A stretch of DNA of 64,000 bases. Source: Candidatus Falkowbacteria bacterium (lineage in GTDB: Bacteria; Patescibacteriota; Patescibacteriia; CAIXNZ01). A model generated the notes under the pieces. It saw only the letters and a list, made by a program, of their open reading frames with translations. It searched no databases and was not told the DNA's origin. Made by a program: the position numbers and the translations under genes. The stretch covers positions 195,522 to 259,521 of the forward strand of contig CAVZGV010000004.1 of NCBI GenBank assembly GCA_963774955.1, given 5' to 3'. Shown here piece after piece: positions 27,580 to 36,263 of the stretch. How positions within the stretch are numbered: position 1 is the first letter of the stretch; every line of letters begins with the position of its first letter.

Positions 27580-30477
27580 TTAATCCAAGATATTGAGATT
27601 TAAACTATTTGACTGACTGCTCTGGCCTGATTCTTCGGAAAATTGGGCATAGACTTGATAACTGCCGGCTGGCGGCGGGTTTTGCCAGGTAATTGTCATC
27701 TGGTCATTGTTAATATTGAGCACTTCTGCCAATTGAGCTTGGTTGCCACCAAAAGATGCATAGTAAAAAGTAATTTTTTGTAAGCCTTTGGTTTTGGTCA
27801 GGGTAAAATCAATATTAAGCGGGAAATTAGATTGATAAAAAGAGCCATTGTCTCTGGGTGAGATCCAGTTTATCTGGGGCGCGGCATAGGGCAGCATGAT
27901 ATTAACATCTATTTCAAGGCTATTGGCATTATCAATGTCATCATAGGCCGTGGTTTTAAGTTTATGATAGCCATTGGCAACGTCAAGATAGTTTAGATCA
28001 AGACTATAAGGATATTGACTGACCATACCGATAACCTGACCGTCAACTTCGTAAATGACTCTGGAAATTCCGCGTGGAGCGCTAGCCTGAACTTCAAGTC
28101 GGACAGGATATGATTCCAGGGTTTGATTAATTTGAGGTGAAAGCAGGGTAATCGTCGGTCTGTTTTCAAGAATATGAAGGTCATCGAATTCAGTCGGGGC
28201 ATTTTCCGAGATTAATTCAATATTTTGTTCTTTGGCAATTTTTTCAGCCCAGGCTCTGACTCCGTCTTCCCAGGGTTGAAACATCGGATCGCCGGCCGGA
28301 TTTTCCGGGGGTGGACCCTGCGGGTTATCCTTGCTGACATAATATAAAATATCATGATGCTGGTTGAATTTTTTCTTCTCCCGATATGATTCCGGGGTCA
28401 GTGGTGTAGCTAATTTGCCGGAAGCGCGGTCAATTTCCACTTCCTGATCAGAGGGAATAATGCCTCGTAAAATCGGCTGTAAATCTTCTGATAGTGGTTC
28501 GGGAGATTTAAATGATTCTACCGGAGTTCCAGATAAAATTCTGCGCATGTATTCATTCCAAATTGGAGCGGCAACTCTGGAGCCACTGGCGCCATTGGTC
28601 ATATCATCACCATTACTGTTGCCCACCCAGACGCCGGTCACATATGAAGGCGTATAACCGATGGCCCAGGCATCATTATTGTCATTGGTTGTTCCTGTCT
28701 TGGCGCAAACCGGTCGATCTCTTAAGGTCAAAAGCGAGCCAGCGCCAAAAACATAGGCGCGCGCTCCATCATCAGATAAAATGCTGTTTAATTGTCGGGC
28801 AGTATTTTCGCTCCAGACCTTGTGTTTCTTTTCCTGAAATTCTTCCAAAACCTGGCCGCTTTTATCTTCAACCTTTAATATCGCGGCAATTTCTGCGCGT
28901 TCTCCGTCACGGGCAAAGGCGGTGAAGGCGCCGACATGATCAATTAGTTTGACTTCGCAGCCGCCCAAGACCAAAGATAAGCCGCACTGGGTTTTTTCAT
29001 TAATAGTTGAATACCCCAGGCTCATCATAATACCCTTGACGTACTCAATGCCGGCTAAATATAGAGTTTTTACTGCAGGAATGTTTAATGACCCGGCTAA
29101 AGATTTGCGCATAGTCAGAGGACCGCGTTCCTTTTTATCAAAATCCATGGGCGCATAGGGTTTGGGATCTGACGGAAAGGTTGTATTGGTATCGTATAAC
29201 ACAGTTTCGGTCGTATAGCCTTTTTCAAAGGCAGAAGCATAAACAACAGGTTTAATTGATGAACCAGGTTGTCTGGGCATAATTGAGACATTAACCTGGC
29301 CGTCTATTTCGTCATTATTAAAGTCCTGAGAGCCGACCATGGCCAGGATTTCACCGGTTTTGGCGTCAACAGAGACTAAGGCTGCATTGGTAGCATTATA
29401 TTTTAAATTATTTTCATTGGCATTGGTCACTGCTTCTTCGGCAATCAATTGTTTTTCAATATCTAAAGTGGTAATAACTTTCAGTCCGCCCTGGTCAACC
29501 AGTGTTTCACCAAGTTTTTCCGCTAATAATTCTTTAACATAAAATACAAAATGTGGCGCCACTAAACCGCTTAATTTTTCTTTTTTAAATTCAAGTTTCT
29601 CCTCTTTAGCCGCAGCCGCTTCTTCTTTGGTAATCCAGCCGATTTCAGCCATCTGATCAAGAATCCAATGTTGGCGTGCAAAAAGCTGGTCAGTATGAGA
29701 ACCATAGGGAGACATCCTGGTGGGAGCCTGTGGAATGGCAGCTAAAATAGCGGCTTCAGCCAGAGTAACATCACTCGCATGCTTGCCAAAGAAATAATTA
29801 GAGGCTGATTCAACACCATAATTTACCGAACCGTAAGGGATTTCATTAAAATACATTTTTAAAATTTGGTCCTTGGTAAACTTTCTTTCAATCTGATAGG
29901 ACAAAATCCATTCTTTTATTTTTCTGGCAATACTGCGCTCATTGGTTAAAATGGCATTTTTGACAAACTGTTGGGTTAAAGTCGAGCCGCCTCTGACACC
30001 TTTGCCTCGTAGGGGATCTAAAATTACACCCTGGATAATAGAAAAGAAATTAATGCCGTGATGTTCATAAAAATGGCGGTCTTCAGCAGCCAAAGTCGCT
30101 TTTATTATATAATCATTAATTTTGTCCAGTTCAATTACGGTTCTTTTTTCATCACCGTGAATTTCCCAAAGCAAGGTTTCGCCTTTGCGGTCGTAAATTT
30201 TTGTAGATTCTGAGATTACGCGGTCAATAACCTTGTTGGGATCAGGCAGCTGTCCAGAATACCAGGCCACGGCTCCGACAAAGAAAATGCCACCCAATAA
30301 AAAAAGAAATATAGCGGCAACAACTGCTATTTTTACAATTTTTACAGGGTCAATTTTATGTTTTTTGGAGGAGCTTAAAACCAGGGCTTTAAGCTTGGCC
30401 AATAGCCCCTGTTTTTTAAGGCGTTTTTTATACTTTTCCCAGTTCTTTGGTGATTGGGTTAAGTTTGGAATAGGCAT
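27580..30477 (-). CDS. Class A penicillin-binding protein (PBP1A family) with C-terminal Ig-like domains
   Basis: EDRHFYEHHG, GGSTLTQQ, RKIKE; SSIK, SLN and KTGT transpeptidase motifs. Confidence 0.95.
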   Translation of the reverse strand: MPIPNLTQSPKNWEKYKKRLKKQGLLAKLKALVLSSSKKHKIDPVKIVKIAVVAAIFLFLLGGIFFVGAVAWYSGQLPDPNKVIDRVISESTKIYDRKGETLLWEIHGDEKRTVIELDKINDYIIKATLAAEDRHFYEHHGINFFSIIQGVILDPLRGKGVRGGSTLTQQFVKNAILTNERSIARKIKEWILSYQIERKFTKDQILKMYFNEIPYGSVNYGVESASNYFFGKHASDVTLAEAAILAAIPQAPTRMSPYGSHTDQLFARQHWILDQMAEIGWITKEEAAAAKEEKLEFKKEKLSGLVAPHFVFYVKELLAEKLGETLVDQGGLKVITTLDIEKQLIAEEAVTNANENNLKYNATNAALVSVDAKTGEILAMVGSQDFNNDEIDGQVNVSIMPRQPGSSIKPVVYASAFEKGYTTETVLYDTNTTFPSDPKPYAPMDFDKKERGPLTMRKSLAGSLNIPAVKTLYLAGIEYVKGIMMSLGYSTINEKTQCGLSLVLGGCEVKLIDHVGAFTAFARDGERAEIAAILKVEDKSGQVLEEFQEKKHKVWSENTARQLNSILSDDGARAYVFGAGSLLTLRDRPVCAKTGTTNDNNDAWAIGYTPSYVTGVWVGNSNGDDMTNGASGSRVAAPIWNEYMRRILSGTPVESFKSPEPLSEDLQPILRGIIPSDQEVEIDRASGKLATPLTPESYREKKKFNQHHDILYYVSKDNPQGPPPENPAGDPMFQPWEDGVRAWAEKIAKEQNIELISENAPTEFDDLHILENRPTITLLSPQINQTLESYPVRLEVQASAPRGISRVIYEVDGQVIGMVSQYPYSLDLNYLDVANGYHKLKTTAYDDIDNANSLEIDVNIMLPYAAPQINWISPRDNGSFYQSNFPLNIDFTLTKTKGLQKITFYYASFGGNQAQLAEVLNINNDQMTITWQNPPPAGSYQVYAQFSEESGQSSQSNSLNLNILD

Positions 30478-30583
30478 AAAAATAACTGATAACTTATAGC
30501 TAAGAACTAATAACGTTGGAGTTATTAATTAGAATTATAGTTTATTTTGGCTAAAATTTCAAGTGTTAATGAATTATACAATT

Positions 30584-31348
30584 TTATTTTACTTCCAGGT
30601 TTACAATATCTTTTCTTTCCCAAGCCAGATTAAATATCTGCCTTAGGGCATCGGCGATATCAGGATTATTTATGACAATGCCCTGGGCATAGCGGTGGGA
30701 GGTTATTTGCACGAATTTATCAAAAATCTCAATAGAGATATTGCTGTCATATTTATTTCTATCCAATAATTTAAGGTTAATTAAATTGTATTTAGGATCT
30801 TGGTGTTTTATATATTCATGAATTGTCGGGTCATCAACAGTAAGTCCCTTTATTCTTATCTTAGCCCGTCTCATGGCTTCATTTACTTCAGGCCAGTAAG
30901 CCAATAATGCCGGGTCAGTGTCGCGGCTATGAGCAAAAAAAGCAGAGATGGGAGCATCTTTTTTATATGCCTTAATACCTTTGGCATACATATCTTTTAT
31001 GCCGGCTAAACCTTCATAATAGGTAACACTGACTTCATTTTTCTTGCCTTTCCTTAAAGCCTTTAATTCACCAAGTGCTTCTTGCGCAGTCTGCAATTTG
31101 CTTTGCGCCTGGGCAAAAAGATCTTCCGGCGGAGTCGCAACATACTGCAGTACCTTTTCGCGGGGGATTTTGGTGACTGCGCTTTTATCAATCAATTCAT
31201 CTAAAATCACATAAGTCGTGGATTTTTTAATCTGGCTATGCTTGGACACTTGATAGGCAGTAGCCTTGCCAAGCTGAAGCAGGCTCAAATACGTTTGGGC
31301 CTGTTTTTCGTTTAAACCGATATTTTTAAGTGATTGTATAAGATCCAT
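30584..31348 (-). CDS. TrmB family transcriptional regulator
   Basis: LKNIGLNEKQAQTYLSLLQLG..KSTTYVILDEL; YYEGLAGIK. Confidence 0.85.
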   Translation of the reverse strand: MDLIQSLKNIGLNEKQAQTYLSLLQLGKATAYQVSKHSQIKKSTTYVILDELIDKSAVTKIPREKVLQYVATPPEDLFAQAQSKLQTAQEALGELKALRKGKKNEVSVTYYEGLAGIKDMYAKGIKAYKKDAPISAFFAHSRDTDPALLAYWPEVNEAMRRAKIRIKGLTVDDPTIHEYIKHQDPKYNLINLKLLDRNKYDSNISIEIFDKFVQITSHRYAQGIVINNPDIADALRQIFNLAWERKDIVNLEVK

Positions 31349-31576
31349 ATGTTTATGACAAGCCGCAACTAATATGTCATGGTGAGCTTTATCGATTCAG
31401 GAGATTTTAAGGGACAAGCCCTAAAATCAAAGCATTCAAAACTTACATTTCTATTATAGCACACCCTGAAAAAATAGTCAATATTTTTGACGAATGTGAA
31501 ATGAGTAATTTAAGCAATATGGCTAATATTCGTAGAAATAACTTCCTATTTATATTCGCATTATTAGTCATAAGTC

Positions 31577-31605
31577 TTGACAAAATTTCAAAGATATGCT
31601 ATACT
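31577..31605 (+). promoter_or_regulatory. Strong sigma70 promoter heading the orphan-gene array
   Basis: TTGACA-17-(TGc)TATACT. Confidence 0.8.
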
Positions 31606-31725
31606 GCTATATCAGGCTGAGACAGGGACAACCTAGTTCAAGCTTGAAAACAACGAAAACCAAGTTCTTTAAAGATAAACATACCCTCAACAGTCCGGCA
31701 ATGCGCGGATAAAAAGGAGAGACTG

Positions 31726-32163
31726 ATGATTTCTTATAAGGTTATCGTGGATTATACCCTGACCCTGGCCGAAATGATCGTTGCTGGCAACCATGGGCGG
31801 TTCTGGGATGAGAATGATGATTCCCGCTTTCCGCTTCAGGGAACTGGTCAGCATGAAGTGGAACTGGTTCTGGTTCCAGTTTATCTGAATCAGGATGTCG
31901 AGACTTGGGATGTTCTGGAATATATGGACAGTCAAGGCTTGGAACCGGCCAACATCGAGCAGTTGCTCGCCTTTGGCACGACGTATCCGAAAATTCGCAG
32001 AGAATTTTCGATAGTCGCCCTTGGGTCATCCACAAAGGGTAGATATCATCGATACTATCCGTGTCTGGTGAGTTACGATGGCCGACGTGATCTACACCTC
32101 TGCCAGACTGATGACCACCCTTGGGATGGCGAAAGTTTTTTTCTAGCCGTCCGCACAAAATAA
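31726..32163 (+). CDS. Hypothetical protein, paralogue of 36264-36800
   Basis: AAGGAG SD; aligns by eye along its length (YKVIVDY/YKATVNY, GLEPAN/GLKSAN, IVALGS/IVAMGS, FLAVR/FLAYK). Confidence 0.75.
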   Translation: MISYKVIVDYTLTLAEMIVAGNHGRFWDENDDSRFPLQGTGQHEVELVLVPVYLNQDVETWDVLEYMDSQGLEPANIEQLLAFGTTYPKIRREFSIVALGSSTKGRYHRYYPCLVSYDGRRDLHLCQTDDHPWDGESFFLAVRTK

Positions 32164-32173
32164 AGTTGCATCA

Positions 32174-32267
32174 GGGGAGAAAACAGAGAACAATATCTGT
32201 TTTGCTCCCCACCTAAATTTAGTCTTTAAGAGAATCTTGAAGATTGAAATGTAGGGGTTCTTTAAAC
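32174..32267 (+). repeat. Inter-gene double-hairpin + boxA-like element, copy A
   Basis: GGGGAG..CTCCCC / ACCTAAATTTAGTCTTTAAG..CTTGAAGATTGAAATGTAGG / GTTCTTTAAAC. Confidence 0.8.
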
Positions 32268-32310
32268 CAAAACAATCAAACTGTCAGTTAGCTGACAAAA
32301 GGAGTTTATC

Positions 32311-32553
32311 ATGCAGACTTTTGCTAAGGTTAACGTTTGTGGTAATCGGGTACGCACCATTCAGATCCAGGGGCAGAAATTGCCCTCGGGCATATCTGAT
32401 CAAGTGTGGAGCTTGAACGGGCTTTTAGAAGCCCTCAAGTTCTACCCCAACGTGCAGTTCAGACGTTGGGTCCGGGAGTATCGGGTTTACACCAGGTGGT
32501 TGCCTCTGAACTGCTTGCCCGTAAAACTCCTGGAGCTGGTCAGGCCCCGCTAG
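32311..32553 (+). CDS. Hypothetical protein (80 aa)
   Basis: AAGGAG SD; lies directly after repeat copy A. Confidence 0.6.
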   Translation: MQTFAKVNVCGNRVRTIQIQGQKLPSGISDQVWSLNGLLEALKFYPNVQFRRWVREYRVYTRWLPLNCLPVKLLELVRPR

Positions 32554-32651
32554 GTGTGAGCGAAATTACACTAAGTCTTCGGAAAGATTCCGAAGCCCGA
32601 TTAACTTATTCAGTTGATTGGCAAGTATCTCCCTTAAAAAAGGAGATAAAT

Positions 32652-32746
32652 GGGGAGTAACATATAACTCCCCTCTAAGTTTTAGACTTGCAATTGGCAT
32701 ATAGCTGATTGAAAGCCTGAAAGATTGGATTTTAGCTCTTTAAAAC
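32652..32746 (+). repeat. Inter-gene element, copy B (degenerate)
   Basis: GGGGAG..CTCCCC / TCTAAGTTTTAGACTTGCAAT..ATTGAAAGCCTGAAAGATTGGA / GCTCTTTAAAAC. Confidence 0.6.
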
Positions 32747-32790
32747 ATCCACCCGCAACCAGTTCGCCAAAGGCGGACAAGGAGGGAACG

Positions 32791-32919
32791 ATGATTATCA
32801 AGTTTATCGGCATTATGGCGTCCCTGGGCGTTCCGTATCTCGAAGGTCGCTTCGAGGACGGGCTCATCCGAGCCTACATTCTGCCGAACGGCAATGTCAT
32901 CGAGGTAAAACTCGAGTGA
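32791..32919 (+). CDS. Small hypothetical protein (42 aa)
   Basis: AAGGAGG SD; MIIKFIGIMASLGVPYLEGRFEDGLIRAYILPNGNVIEVKLE. Confidence 0.55.
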   Translation: MIIKFIGIMASLGVPYLEGRFEDGLIRAYILPNGNVIEVKLE

Positions 32920-32980
32920 CCTTGCCTCTTATATTTAGTCTTTCAAATGGCTTTGGCTGGTTGAAAGATTGAAACATAGG
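32902..32980 (+). repeat. Inter-gene element, copy C
   Basis: GAGGTAA..TTGCCTC / TTATATTTAGTCTTTCAA..TTGAAAGATTGAAACATAGG. Confidence 0.65.
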
Positions 32981-33004
32981 TCTGAAGTAAATTAAATCTA
33001 TGTA

Positions 33005-33195
33005 ACCACGGGAGTAAGGATACAAACCCTTTACTCCTCAGGCGGTCAGAGTAATTAACTGGCCATTACCCTTGCCGTCATTTGCCGATGCGAGAAAAGG
33101 CAATGCAATTCTTGGGGAAGATCCGAAGCGCGCTAGGGACTACGCGGACAATATCAGCCCCTGGGGGAAGTAGGAGCCTTCCCCAGAGTTATTTC
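33005..33195 (+). ncRNA. Candidate structured ncRNA occupying a slot of the array
   Basis: No SD-led ORF. Hairpins GGAGTAAGG/CTTTACTCC, TTGCC/GGCAA and TTCTTGGGGAAG/CTTCCCCAGAG. Confidence 0.35.
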
Positions 33196-33203
33196 AAAAA
33201 GCT

Positions 33204-33291
33204 GGGGAAATGCATATAATGCTTTCCCCACCTAAATTTAGTCTTTAAGTTAATAACTTAAAGTTTGAAATATAGGTTTGAGTTCTTTACA
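33204..33291 (+). repeat. Inter-gene element, copy D
   Basis: GGGGAAA..TTTCCCC / ACCTAAATTTAGTCTTTAAGTT-aat-AACTTAAAGTTTGAAATATAGGT / GTTCTTTAC. Confidence 0.85.
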
Positions 33292-33342
33292 TTTTTTATC
33301 ATACCCAGCCATTCCGTTATACGGGATAAAAAGGAGATTCTC

Positions 33343-33963
33343 ATGGCAGCTGCAAAACCAGCTTCAAGTTCCAGGTCTGTTTCTCGTTCCCAGTCGGTTG
33401 CTAGCTCGGAAAGTTATTACCAGGCAGCGGCTGAACCAGAGGCGGTAAGCGTACCAAAAGCCATGGCGCAAGCGCAGGCACAAGCTGAAGCAGTGGCAGA
33501 GGCAATGCTTGTCATTGTCTGTGAATGCTGCGACGCGATATTGGGCATGATTGCGGATACAGCGCGTCCGCCGATTGAAATGCGTTGCCCGCATTGCGGA
33601 TATGCATTTATGCTATATCAGACGCCCAGATGGAATTTTGATTATCCGCAGTGGGCAGTTCCAGCTTGCGACAAAGAGGTCATTGAGAAAAATCCTAAGC
33701 CTGACCAAAATCAAGGAGGCATTAGAATGGAAATCACCACCGGTTGTGGCATTGGCTGGTACCAGCAGCTGGGCTGTATCGTCATCAACAACCCTTTGGG
33801 ACAGAGAATGTTCTGGCCGAACGGCGATGACAAAAAGTCCGTGTCCTTGATCAAGGATGAAAATGATTTCTTTGCTTTCGCGGAAATCATTGCCGAGATC
33901 AACGGAATGAAGATCGTTGAGGCCAAAAGATTCCACTACGGCCCGATGTTCTTCTTGGGTTAA
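33343..33963 (+). CDS. Zn-ribbon protein fused in frame to a 78-aa domain (internal start at 33727)
   Basis: CECC..CPHC; internal AAGGAGG + ATG; the C-terminal 78 aa are paralogous to 34867-35106. Confidence 0.65.
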   Translation: MAAAKPASSSRSVSRSQSVASSESYYQAAAEPEAVSVPKAMAQAQAQAEAVAEAMLVIVCECCDAILGMIADTARPPIEMRCPHCGYAFMLYQTPRWNFDYPQWAVPACDKEVIEKNPKPDQNQGGIRMEITTGCGIGWYQQLGCIVINNPLGQRMFWPNGDDKKSVSLIKDENDFFAFAEIIAEINGMKIVEAKRFHYGPMFFLG

Positions 33964-33999
33964 TAAACCTAGCCGCCACTTGCGAGCGAAATCGCAAAA

Positions 34000-34090
34000 G
34001 GGGAGTAAAATGAAAATTTTGCTCCCCACCTAAATTCTGTCTTTAAGATAACTTCTTAAAGTTTGAAATATAGGTAAGCGTTCTTAAAAC
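34000..34090 (+). repeat. Inter-gene element, copy E
   Basis: GGGGAG..CTCCCC / ACCTAAATTCTGTCTTTAAG..CTTAAAGTTTGAAATATAGGT / GTTCTTAAAAC. Confidence 0.85.
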
Positions 34091-34121
34091 GTTAATTGTC
34101 TGATAAACAAGGAGGAATCTG

Positions 34122-34325
34122 ATGAAATACCACGAAGTGGCTCGTAAATTGATCCTGCTTGGTTGTCGGGAAATCATGACCAAGGGCGGACAACACCGTA
34201 AATGGGTTAACCCGCAAACACAGGCCATGGCAGTCCTACCTTATTGGGGTTCCAAGGAACTCAAATCTGGTACGGTCAAAGCTGTGTTCCGACGTCTTGG
34301 GGTTAACGAATATTGCAACTGTTAG
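34122..34325 (+). CDS. HicA-family toxin-like protein
   Basis: 67 aa, basic; KL..LG..KGGQH.KW.NP..LP..KELKSGTVKAVFRRLG matches the HicA pattern. Confidence 0.75.
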   Translation: MKYHEVARKLILLGCREIMTKGGQHRKWVNPQTQAMAVLPYWGSKELKSGTVKAVFRRLGVNEYCNC

Positions 34326-34372
34326 CAACTGCCGCCTATCTCGGCGGGGTAAAAATTGATTAGGAGAAAAAA

Positions 34373-34843
34373 ATGAGTCCAATGATGATGTGTCCGGTTT
34401 ATCGTCCGGAACCAGAGAGGACGCCTGTCATGGAATCCCGGCCTCAGCTGAGGGCAGAAACAGACAAGGATAAAATTACCCGATTCTTTGGGGATTTTAC
34501 TTCCACACCATTGGCCGTTTGTCCTTCGTGTAAGCATGAACTGACAGACGAAGAAATCAGGAAGGGTTTTTCCACTGACCCGCTTGATTTCAACACCACC
34601 TGTCCTAAGTGTGGAACACGATTCTTCGCCTCTCTGATTATCAGCGTTGACGGTAGGGTGGTTGAGCAAATCACTTACTTCTGCCCTGATCAGACTCTAC
34701 ATCAAATGAAGACTATCAAAGTCGAGCGCGGCAGAATCGGTATTGTCTACCTTGGCAAACATGATCGGCAGCTTTTCTTCAACATCGTCAGGCATTTTCG
34801 CACTTACAACCAAGGTCTTAAAAGACTGAAACTTCTGGTCTAA
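34373..34843 (+). CDS. Zn-ribbon hypothetical protein
   Basis: CPSC..CPKC; AGGAG SD. Confidence 0.7.
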   Translation: MSPMMMCPVYRPEPERTPVMESRPQLRAETDKDKITRFFGDFTSTPLAVCPSCKHELTDEEIRKGFSTDPLDFNTTCPKCGTRFFASLIISVDGRVVEQITYFCPDQTLHQMKTIKVERGRIGIVYLGKHDRQLFFNIVRHFRTYNQGLKRLKLLV

Positions 34844-34866
34844 CTATGAGGTAAAGGAGCTTAAGG

Positions 34867-35106
34867 ATGATAATGATTACCAGTGGCTGTGGCCTCGGTT
34901 GGTACCAGCAGCTTGAATGCATTGTCGTCAATGATCCTTCAGGGCAGAGAATCTTCTGGCCGAACGGTGATGACAAACGCATTTGTAGTTTGATTCATGA
35001 TGAAAGCGAGTTCTATGCTTTTGTCGAAATCATCGCCGAACTTAACGGGCTGAAGATCGTTGAGGCTAAAAGGTACCACTATGGCCCGATGTTCATTCTT
35101 GGCTAA
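34867..35106 (+). CDS. Hypothetical protein, duplicate of 33727-33963
   Basis: GCGLGWYQQL..FWPNGDDK..HYGPMF shared between the two copies. Confidence 0.75.
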   Translation: MIMITSGCGLGWYQQLECIVVNDPSGQRIFWPNGDDKRICSLIHDESEFYAFVEIIAELNGLKIVEAKRYHYGPMFILG

Positions 35107-35170
35107 TTAAAATAAACCGCCAGTTGCGAGCGGGAATCGCAACAGAAAGAACCAGGTGTAAAATCGGTTC

Positions 35171-35202
35171 AAAAAAGAGCCAGGTGTGAAACCGGCTCTT
35201 TT
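35171..35202. terminator. Bidirectional terminator closing the array
   Basis: AAAAAAGAGCC..GGCTCTTTT. Confidence 0.7.
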
Positions 35203-35215
35203 ATATTTGCTCAGA

Positions 35216-35479
35216 TTATTTTTCAAGCGCTTCTGTAAAACGTTCTCGTAATTTTTTTATACCATCCTTAAATTCTCCTTTTTTATCATCATCAAGTTCT
35301 TCCAGCTTTTTTATGGCGTCATTAATTTCTTCTTTGAGTCCTTCCAGCGGCTTATTGTCTTTAATCAGGTTTTCAAGTTTATGTAACAACCCTTGAATTC
35401 TGGTGATTTCTTTGGTTGTTCTTTCGAGATCAGTGCGTCTTTCTTTGCCTGATTCAAAAAATCCAGATTCGATGCCCAT
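35216..35479 (-). CDS. Small coiled-coil hypothetical protein
   Basis: Charged helical 87-aa ORF downstream of ruvC. Confidence 0.55.
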   Translation of the reverse strand: MGIESGFFESGKERRTDLERTTKEITRIQGLLHKLENLIKDNKPLEGLKEEINDAIKKLEELDDDKKGEFKDGIKKLRERFTEALEK

Positions 35480-35504
35480 AGGATTTTAAGGTTAATTATT
35501 AAAA

Positions 35505-36020
35505 TTATTTAATTTTATCGAGAAAATTTTTAGCCTGCAAATAGGTAAGCGCAATAGCCAAAGCATCAGCCGCGTCATCTGGTTTGGGAATGGTTCTGAG
35601 TTTAAGTAATATTTTGACCATATTCTGCACCTGGCATTTGTCTGCCTGGCCATAGCCGCAGACAGCCTGCTTGACCTGCAGGGGGGTAAATTCAAAAAGT
35701 GGGAGTTTGTTTAGAATTGCGGTCAGTAAAATTACTCCACGGGCTTGGCCGACATTAAGCGCAGTTTTAACGTTTTTCGCAAAGTATAATTGTTCCACGC
35801 AAACAGCATCTGGTTTATACTTTTTCATAATCTTGCTTAAAGCCTGATGCAGATATTTTAAGCGTTCAGAAAATTCCTGTTTGGTTGTGGTGGTAATGAC
35901 GCCATAATCCAAAACTTCCAGCTCTTTATTTTTTTCCGTAATCAAAGCAAAGCCCGTGGTGGCAAAGCCGGGATCGATGCCGAGGATGGTGAAGGGGGAA
36001 TTGGGTTTAGATTGGGACAT
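35505..36020 (-). CDS. ruvC: Holliday junction resolvase RuvC
   Basis: ILGIDPG, VEQLYF, QARGV, PDDAADALAIA. Confidence 0.97.
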   Translation of the reverse strand: MSQSKPNSPFTILGIDPGFATTGFALITEKNKELEVLDYGVITTTTKQEFSERLKYLHQALSKIMKKYKPDAVCVEQLYFAKNVKTALNVGQARGVILLTAILNKLPLFEFTPLQVKQAVCGYGQADKCQVQNMVKILLKLRTIPKPDDAADALAIALTYLQAKNFLDKIK

Positions 36021-36045
36021 AATTTATTTATATTGAAGTTTAGGA

Positions 36046-36112
36046 ATCACGGATAATGTTCACGGATTGCACGGATGTTGATCCTTGAGATCCGTGATAA
36101 AAATCCGTGGTT
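36046..36112. repeat. CACGGA/TCCGTG short inverted-repeat element
   Basis: Three CACGGAT followed by two ATCCGTG; same architecture as 2815-2886. Confidence 0.6.
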
Positions 36113-36263
36113 TAGAGGCTTTCATACATTCAGTCTACCAAATCTTCCTATTATTGACAAAAAGTTTTTTTAATTGTAAGTTTGGGGTAGTTACTCAAGT
36201 GTCCTTTTAACATATTTGGGGTAAACCAGCTAACATGTGCCATTCATGGCAGGAGGTGCAATC

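Noticed and set aside
33005-33195. tRNA, tmRNA, RNase P, SRP or a known riboswitch/ribozyme
   Set aside because: Diagnostic motifs (T-loop GTTCRA in a cloverleaf, GAGGAAAGTCC, SRP loop, hammerhead core) were not found by eye.
32174-34090. Canonical integron attC array or CRISPR
   Set aside because: No RYYYAAC/GTTRRRY ends recognised, no integrase in the window, and spacing is gene-sized. Kept as an unexplained element instead.
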